Shown one piece after another: positions 7,701 through 12,000 of a DNA stretch of 16,465 nucleotides. The position numbers and the translations under genes are program-made. Below the pieces are notes generated by a model. That model was not told the DNA's origin and searched no databases. It was given only the letters and a program-made list of their open reading frames with translations. Source of the DNA: a virus (lineage: Duplodnaviria > Heunggongvirae > Uroviricota > Caudoviricetes); IMG/VR virus record IMGVR_UViG_3300014720_000027, positions 1 to 16,465 of that record; one strand, given 5' to 3'. Within the stretch, counting starts at the first letter, position 1; each line of letters starts with the position of its first letter.

Positions 7701-9095
7701 GCTGACGAGGCTAAAAACAGAACTAGAACATGGACGGATGCAGTAATAGAAAATGCTCCAATGGCCTTTGGTCCAGCAGGAATGGCGTATAGCGCTATGG
7801 GTGGACCTTCTCCAATAACAAGTTATCGCCAAACAGAAATAAGTGGTTATGAGCAAAATATAACTGACCAACAAACTATTGCTAGTCAAAGAGAGGCTGA
7901 ATTAAATGCATTAAGACAAGAGCAACAAAGACTCTTATCAGAAGAGCAATCAGCTCAAGAGGAATTAAAAAAGGCCCAAAAAAAAGCAAGAGGTGGATTG
8001 GTATATCGTGCTTCTGGCGGCTCTATTTTTAAACCCAAGGGCACAGATACTATTCCTGCGATGCTAACGCCCGGCGAATTTGTGATGCAAAAATCTGCAG
8101 TAGATAAATATGGCGTAGGTACTATGAGTGCCATGAATCAAGGAGTGGTTTATGCTTCTACGGGAGGCACTCCGGATGATCTTGAAACATATAGATACAG
8201 AAGCGAGGTTACAGATAGATCAAAAATTCAAAAAGAAATGGATAGATTAAAAGGCGGAAATTATGATGTAGGTAATGTGAACGCTGCTGATATGTATAAT
8301 AGATTAGCAGAAAGGGATAACGAGTTGTCTAAATCTAATAAAGAATCTATAACAAATAGATTACAGTATTATCCAAAATCAAGCACTAAACAGGCTGATT
8401 TTTCTGAGCCACAGTACTTAAAAGATAGAGATGCAAAGCTAAACAAAGAGATACAAGAGACTTCTCAAAAAAGGAGAGAAAGCTCTGTTAAGCGAATTAG
8501 AGACGAACAGAGACAAGAAGATAAGAAAAGTGGCGTAATTAAAACGTTTAAACCAAATGTTAATGCTCCAAAATACAAAACAGCGTCACAAAGATCTGAA
8601 GAAAGAAGACAAAAGGCCTATAGAGAAAAAGATGCAGTTCAAAGAATGCAAGATCGAGGAAGGTTTTTTCCTAATACAGGCGGGTATGGCTTTAATAATT
8701 ATAATCAAATTACACCAACTCAAAGCCAACAAGGTTTTTATGGGGTTGGAGCTGGGTCAAAAGGATTAATGGCTCAATCGCAAACAATGGCTCAAAATCA
8801 GATTATGACACAAGGGGTGGCAGGTGTTCAGGGTATGAATGGCGGAATTGCCCAAGGTCAGGGCTTTAATATGGAGCCACTTATGCAACTAAAACAAACC
8901 TTTGACAACTTGGCTGGTGTATTAAATAATATGCAGATGACACACACGGTTAATGTTGATGGGGCTTTGAATATTAACGGTGTAGATGCTCCGCAAGTAG
9001 CAGAAGCTATTAAAACATATTTAGGAAACTTTATTGTTTCTGAAGTAAACAAGATTATAAATAGTCAGGGCAAGGGCTTTAAAGGACCACAATGA
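1794..9095 (+). CDS. Phage tail tape measure protein (TP901-family core), 2433 aa, with inserted domains
   Basis: The N-terminal core is typical of TP901-type TMPs (FERQLVNLSQVTG...LAQAG...LGAINDVSKKFAVESSDL...GGSLNELLALFTSVRATTRESAETIATGLRTIFTRIQ). It has long Ala/Gln/Glu/Lys-rich coiled coils, Ala/Gly-rich hydrophobic helices, DTVPAMLTPGEFV motifs, and a C-terminal strand-helix end (THTVNVDGALNING...VAEAIKTYL). Start reassigned from 1764 to 1794. Confidence 0.95.
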   Translation: MAKFVLTAQIALQAPNNVGRVVNQIKRQLQGINVNINVNANTRTLNNVNNQLNTTTKAAKTAQHSISELGKSLGLAARRFGAIAIATGTFLSLSRAIKSSLGDAIEFERQLVNLSQVTGKSVQNLQDITKEITRLSTGLGVSSDQLLKTSVILAQAGLEASKTKAALEVLAKTELASSFDNITNTTEGAIAILSQFRREAAAAGGDIIYLERALGAINDVSKKFAVESSDLVAVIRRSGGAFEAAGGSLNELLALFTSVRATTRESAETIATGLRTIFTRIQRVDTIRQLQELGIALQDTEGKFVGPFEAIKRISEGLSGLDPRDFRFSAIVEELGGFRQIGKVIPLIKQFALAQDALNTAQGASSSLTKDAEIAQLSLANQLAKVREEFQALIRRFVDSSSFQTVARGALEFARALIRIADAISPLIPLIASLAAIQIGKGFIPALGALTGVARRNQGGKIHAFASGGFVPGSGNRDTVPAMLTPGEFVIRKSSVNKIGTENLQKLNRGGTVQKNIWDADKGNVAAVTLEDKKLNPLTTSVSYKDSIESLADSRGIKLKNKYQIDKFSISKNLKDITGEKLTENILDGAQAAMEQTASLIRSAGLDIPTPLLDESAKGKFAKSIGIGTVGAIFESIVASIRDPKFTDMDDQQRPFDFIGGLGKAASLFDNTLTDVNTYRYVDAKATSNAASGKSFKKKIQGQVERELLGTVGKSGQGKENPLSKIRGVFSKKQLEQKLRDERLINKETKGSKLDEWLNKNNIDKYATVENLGPGKGFRYSFNSPKKQMSLDLEEKFFGGRIQKFAKGGAASDTVPALLTPGEFVVNKKTAQEVGYGTLNRMNKTGDVQGFAKGGVVGYQRFASGGGPVQPSPLNVSSQGPPTANTTALAQTFDQLVQQGGGMVTSFNLLKSAVEEMQAAGVKFTTAEKAAIKQMTDDARKKATAEKTQIDSYKKLQQSQQDAKDRLANFKSGIEKTLGSMQQFVFLGSTVAALATQFSSLDEATNSAIAETLGMGASIVGVIGTVGDLILSTGLADTALKYFTASVTRAGTAAAASSAAGAAGKAGGGAAASAGLLGRLIPLIANPFGAVIAIVVAALAGFAAYIYFIQARARKVAENLRKSADTIADSIEKGKGGSTQEFVDLQVKAAQTVTDSYLTFGGLLDNMGLTSAKARQEEIDAVKRSAEAYIGAVKSISDVNQSLANIDLDKTLKPAEAAFKKIAAIDTGVRSQTGVLSGPSSQFQEIAKLADREGIRKPVSQITEADFSSDTAKAQFKLANDAITKVTEDFEKRIPESISLLQTQLEDSLQSVNFGQAATKDLNLDGVVDSFDTVLQQNQDFGNSVNTVTKLIQIEAQARADAARQAGKFVEAGNIEAAAQERVKVVQEAIQKQAVAFAKSQESALAFQAALEASTAQFKGLSATTQFISKLGDQAKQFGNRISTLGDIMSGEMPTFEVDQIQGLGNLSEIQDLDKFTQEVGKLGASMGPKGKELAGNLIQSADLMQNAKRELTGINFAEIGGGEESAAKTAFKKAFGDQLETIFGPQVGGKLRTVMEKRLEDAIRTASEGGGMVDPVELENILDPLKQMTEETRKMFEAYNNAQIEFVNQYNNTSKMLLEVMERDIDGRQKIVDIQNRGLERMDQATGRTLGFQEKEARRNASRGSRLGSLGLGALTGDIRGMGNALRNTNQSLEVNSQKIKQDPGNEVLGRSQRLLTLQANELKKALEDLTDQSDKASDIMGEIDKERGKRETLTKIVEDFVVGSNEERMSTVRQFQGIEFAAATGSLQGLQPEDRKATFGLLSQLADVDDGFKQLKENLVTRDAIAMGLPPELARALATKTPKEEQLLVELSNLTAQEIAAQQELNRINAEFGVKLSTEINNLSQKIKDLGSVIESKLNTEVAKAEKEQDADKALVAAEKAKQEALAEPRQKLSQAKTNRENKEKEIRQKEIELKGAREAAAAGIQQADEAKNRTRTWTDAVIENAPMAFGPAGMAYSAMGGPSPITSYRQTEISGYEQNITDQQTIASQREAELNALRQEQQRLLSEEQSAQEELKKAQKKARGGLVYRASGGSIFKPKGTDTIPAMLTPGEFVMQKSAVDKYGVGTMSAMNQGVVYASTGGTPDDLETYRYRSEVTDRSKIQKEMDRLKGGNYDVGNVNAADMYNRLAERDNELSKSNKESITNRLQYYPKSSTKQADFSEPQYLKDRDAKLNKEIQETSQKRRESSVKRIRDEQRQEDKKSGVIKTFKPNVNAPKYKTASQRSEERRQKAYREKDAVQRMQDRGRFFPNTGGYGFNNYNQITPTQSQQGFYGVGAGSKGLMAQSQTMAQNQIMTQGVAGVQGMNGGIAQGQGFNMEPLMQLKQTFDNLAGVLNNMQMTHTVNVDGALNINGVDAPQVAEAIKTYLGNFIVSEVNKIINSQGKGFKGPQ
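3162..3326 (+). repeat. TMP di-glycine module, copy 1
   Basis: NQGGKIHAFASGGFVPGSGNRDTVPAMLTPGEFVIRKSSVNKIGTENLQKLNRGG. DNA core at 3225-3263. Confidence 0.9.
3675..3848 (+). other. Putative PD-(D/E)xK restriction-endonuclease-fold catalytic motif inside the TMP
   Basis: GTVGAIFE (E codon 3696), RPFDF (D codon 3762) and YVDAK (D 3840, K 3846), followed by a helix (SFKKKIQGQVERELLG). Order and spacing match E...PD-x(10-30)-(D/E)xK. Pattern recognition only; no HMM or structure search was run. Confidence 0.5.
4182..4394 (+). repeat. TMP di-glycine module, copy 2
   Basis: FFGGRIQKFAKGGAASDTVPALLTPGEFVVNKKTAQEVGYGTLNRMNKTGDVQGFAKGGVVGYQRFASGGG. DNA core at 4230-4268. Confidence 0.9.
4737..5120 (+). 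other. TMP hydrophobic/transmembrane cluster
   Basis: FVFLGSTVAALA and LGMGASIVGVIGTVGDLILSTG, then an Ala/Gly linker (4941-5018), then LIPLIANPFGAVIAIVVAALAGFAAYIYFI (5031-5120). A second hydrophobic stretch lies at about 3063-3152. Confidence 0.7.
7986..8168 (+). repeat. TMP di-glycine module, copy 3
   Basis: ARGGLVYRASGGSIFKPKGTDTIPAMLTPGEFVMQKSAVDKYGVGTMSAMNQGVVYASTGG. DNA core at 8046-8084. Confidence 0.9.
9081..9086 (+). promoter_or_regulatory. Shine-Dalgarno site for the gene starting at 9092
   Basis: AAAGGA 5 nt before the ATG that overlaps the TMP stop (ATGA). Confidence 0.55.
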
Positions 9096-12000
9096 CAAAT
9101 ACAAAAGAATCATTAGGACTACATGCAATATCGGACGGACCTTCGGGCGGTGTATATGTTAGAGCTAATCAGGCTAATCTAACTTTAAAAGCACCGCCCG
9201 TTGGAACTCCGCACTTTACTAATTGGGACGCTGGGCTTACTTCTCTTGAAAATACTACCAAAGAAAGATTTGAAAACAGAGGGGCTAGTAGATTTCTAGA
9301 ATATCATTACAGATATAATTTAGAAAGTGAAATAAGGATAAAATCATCGGCCAAAGATATAAAAATTGTCGATAATTTAGCCGCTATATCATTTCCGGAA
9401 TATACCGATCTTCGTAAAACAACGCTTGAATTCAGCACGCAGCTTTTTTCTTATCACTCCGGGTTCAAAGTTAATGCCTATGATTTTAATTGTATTGATT
9501 GGGAGGATGAATTACCCGCCGGGCATGTATTGATTCCTCAGTTTAATTTTGATACGATACTGGGGCCAATTGGACCAGCCTATCCGGCTGTTGCTACTAC
9601 CCCTAGATGGCAGGGCGATATAGACCTATATAATTTATTTATTATAGTCAAATATACCGGAGTTTATACTAAGAACGATGCCGATCCTTGTAATATAGCT
9701 GCTAATTACACAGAAAGTTCTTTAACGGATAAAATGCAGTTATTAAAATATAATCCTGATGCTTCATCTTTAAGCGTTGGAGAGTATTCAATGACTACAT
9801 TTTTTACCCCGGCTAATGTCGAAAAAAGAACTATAATTGCTAACATAGGCCACTCATTAGATATAGGCCCGGTAGAATATTTCGGACAGTCTATTAATAG
9901 TGTTAGCGGTCTTGTTCAGGGCTTTGGTAAAATTCAATGCTCTATAACTTTAGTAAAATATTTGCCCGTTTTTGAATGTGGTAGAGTAGACATATATAAT
10001 AAAAAACAAGGCTCTATTTCTTCTTATCAAAGTAATGGCAAGTTAGTTTCTTTGAGGCATGATTTAAACAATGGCGATATTATCAAGATTAGCGATGCTC
10101 AAAATTCTGAAATTAATGGCATTAGATATGTTCAAGTAATTAATGATTCTACTTTTAATATATATGGCGATGCTGATTTTACTCAAAAAATAAATAATAC
10201 TTACTATGAAGGTAGTCCGATATGGACAGCCTGTGGAAATGTTTATAATGAAGAATACCAATCTTGGAATTATGTCGGAAGTATTATCGGCAGTAATAAC
10301 TATGGTGTGAGTTATGCAGATTTCAAAAACTTTTTATTACCTAATTTGCAAAATAAAAACGCTTTATTAAGCGAAAAGTTTAATGACGCTGCAACATTTG
10401 AAGATATTTTATCTTTAGATTTTGATATTTCTTCTGCCCAGCTTTCTAATTTTAAACAATATCCGGGCTCTAGAGGTTCTACTTATGACAGTTTTTTTGC
10501 TTCTTTGGATTTTACGTCTTACTCTCAAGAAAATGTAGAAATTAAAAGGGCTGGCGCTGATGGAGTTTGGTTTGATTCTACTGCTCATAGTATTTTTTGG
10601 ACTTCTCCATTTAATTGTTTACATTCATTTAAGTTTGGATCGAGTATAGATTTGGTTAAGTATAAAAATAGATACGTTCTGGCTGTTGGTCAAAAAGGAT
10701 GGGAAAATATTGGGCTTTTGCCTAACAAACATATTCCAGAAACTCCTATATACGGAAGCGTTTCCCTGTTTGACATATATTTAGATTCCAATAAAAAACC
10801 GCTACCTCTACAAAATTATGACTCTGATCAAAATCCTATCAGATTTAATAGTACGGTTTATGCTCATACAAATGATTCTGAAATTGCGACCCCTCCATCG
10901 CCCGCTTATTACAATAATAGTTTTGGTCCGCTATTTAGAGATGATTTTTTAAACAGACAAGCGGCTGATTTTGCCTTGTTTAATTTTTCTGGAGATGCAA
11001 GATTTTTTAGAGATTATACCTTATATCCGTTTGATCTTGGAGGTAATGGAAATAATGATGCAATAGAAACAGCGTCCGGCATGGATTATTGGTACGGCTC
11101 TATGGTTTATAACCTTAGTGTTAATAGCGAAGATTTAAATATTGGATATAAATTATATTCAAGATCGGGCTCTACGGCAAATAACTGTAGAAATAAATAT
11201 TTTACAGACTGGCAAGTGCCTGAATTTTTGCCAATTAATAGCTCTTATTATTCTTATCCACCAATATGGAACAGGCCCGGCTATATTAATTATCCGTTCT
11301 TAGATAGATTTGGAAAAACTGTAGCTTTAGATGTATCGTCTAATCAGCTATTTTTATTCGTTGCGTCTACTACAAAACCTATTGTAGAACGAACAAAATT
11401 TTGTCCAGATGGAATATGTTCCGAAGATATGAGCTTGCTAGGCAGCACATGTAATAATACAAATTTAAATAAAACTCATTGTGGTTATATTCATGTTTTT
11501 AGAGTAGATGACGATCCTATTAGCGGCGGAAATGCGGATAATTTAAAAGCAATTAAGACTCAAAAAATATACGAAACAGAGGCGAGTATTTTACCAAGCG
11601 GAAAATACAGAGGGTTTTTTTATAAAGCGAATAAATTTGGTTCATGTATTATTGCAGAAAATGGTAAACTTATCTTTGGCCAAACAAAGCCCGCAGATTT
11701 TCATTCTGCATCAAATGGATCTATAGAAACTTCTAAAATATTTATTTACCAAAGGAGTGGAAATACTTATAATAAAATTTCAACTATAGAAAACGCAAGA
11801 CACAACAACTTTAATTTTAATACATATTTTTCTATCACAGAGCAGGGTGAGCTATATAATGAATTTGGAATCGACCATTTTGATCACAAGGAATTTTATT
11901 TAAGAGATAAATATAATGATGCGGATATATCTCCCTATACAGATTTTACAACCGGGGATTATTATTACCCTCCAGACAGATTTGGCACCTGCTTTAAGTG

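Noticed and set aside
3225-8084. The three module cores as a CRISPR array, att sites or IS ends
   Set aside because: They are in-frame protein-coding repeats 1-4 kb apart, with no regular spacers, no inverted termini and no recombinase or transposase in the window.
2670-9052. Short ORFs inside the TMP (2670-2858, 4661-5050, 6407-6598, 7659-7889, 8858-9052 on minus; 8557-8769 on plus), considered as possible immunity or antitoxin genes for the nuclease cargo
   Set aside because: All overlap the TMP and have compositions explained by the antisense or shifted reading of Ala/Gly/Glu codons. None sits next to the cargo with an RBS. An immunity gene elsewhere in the genome cannot be excluded.
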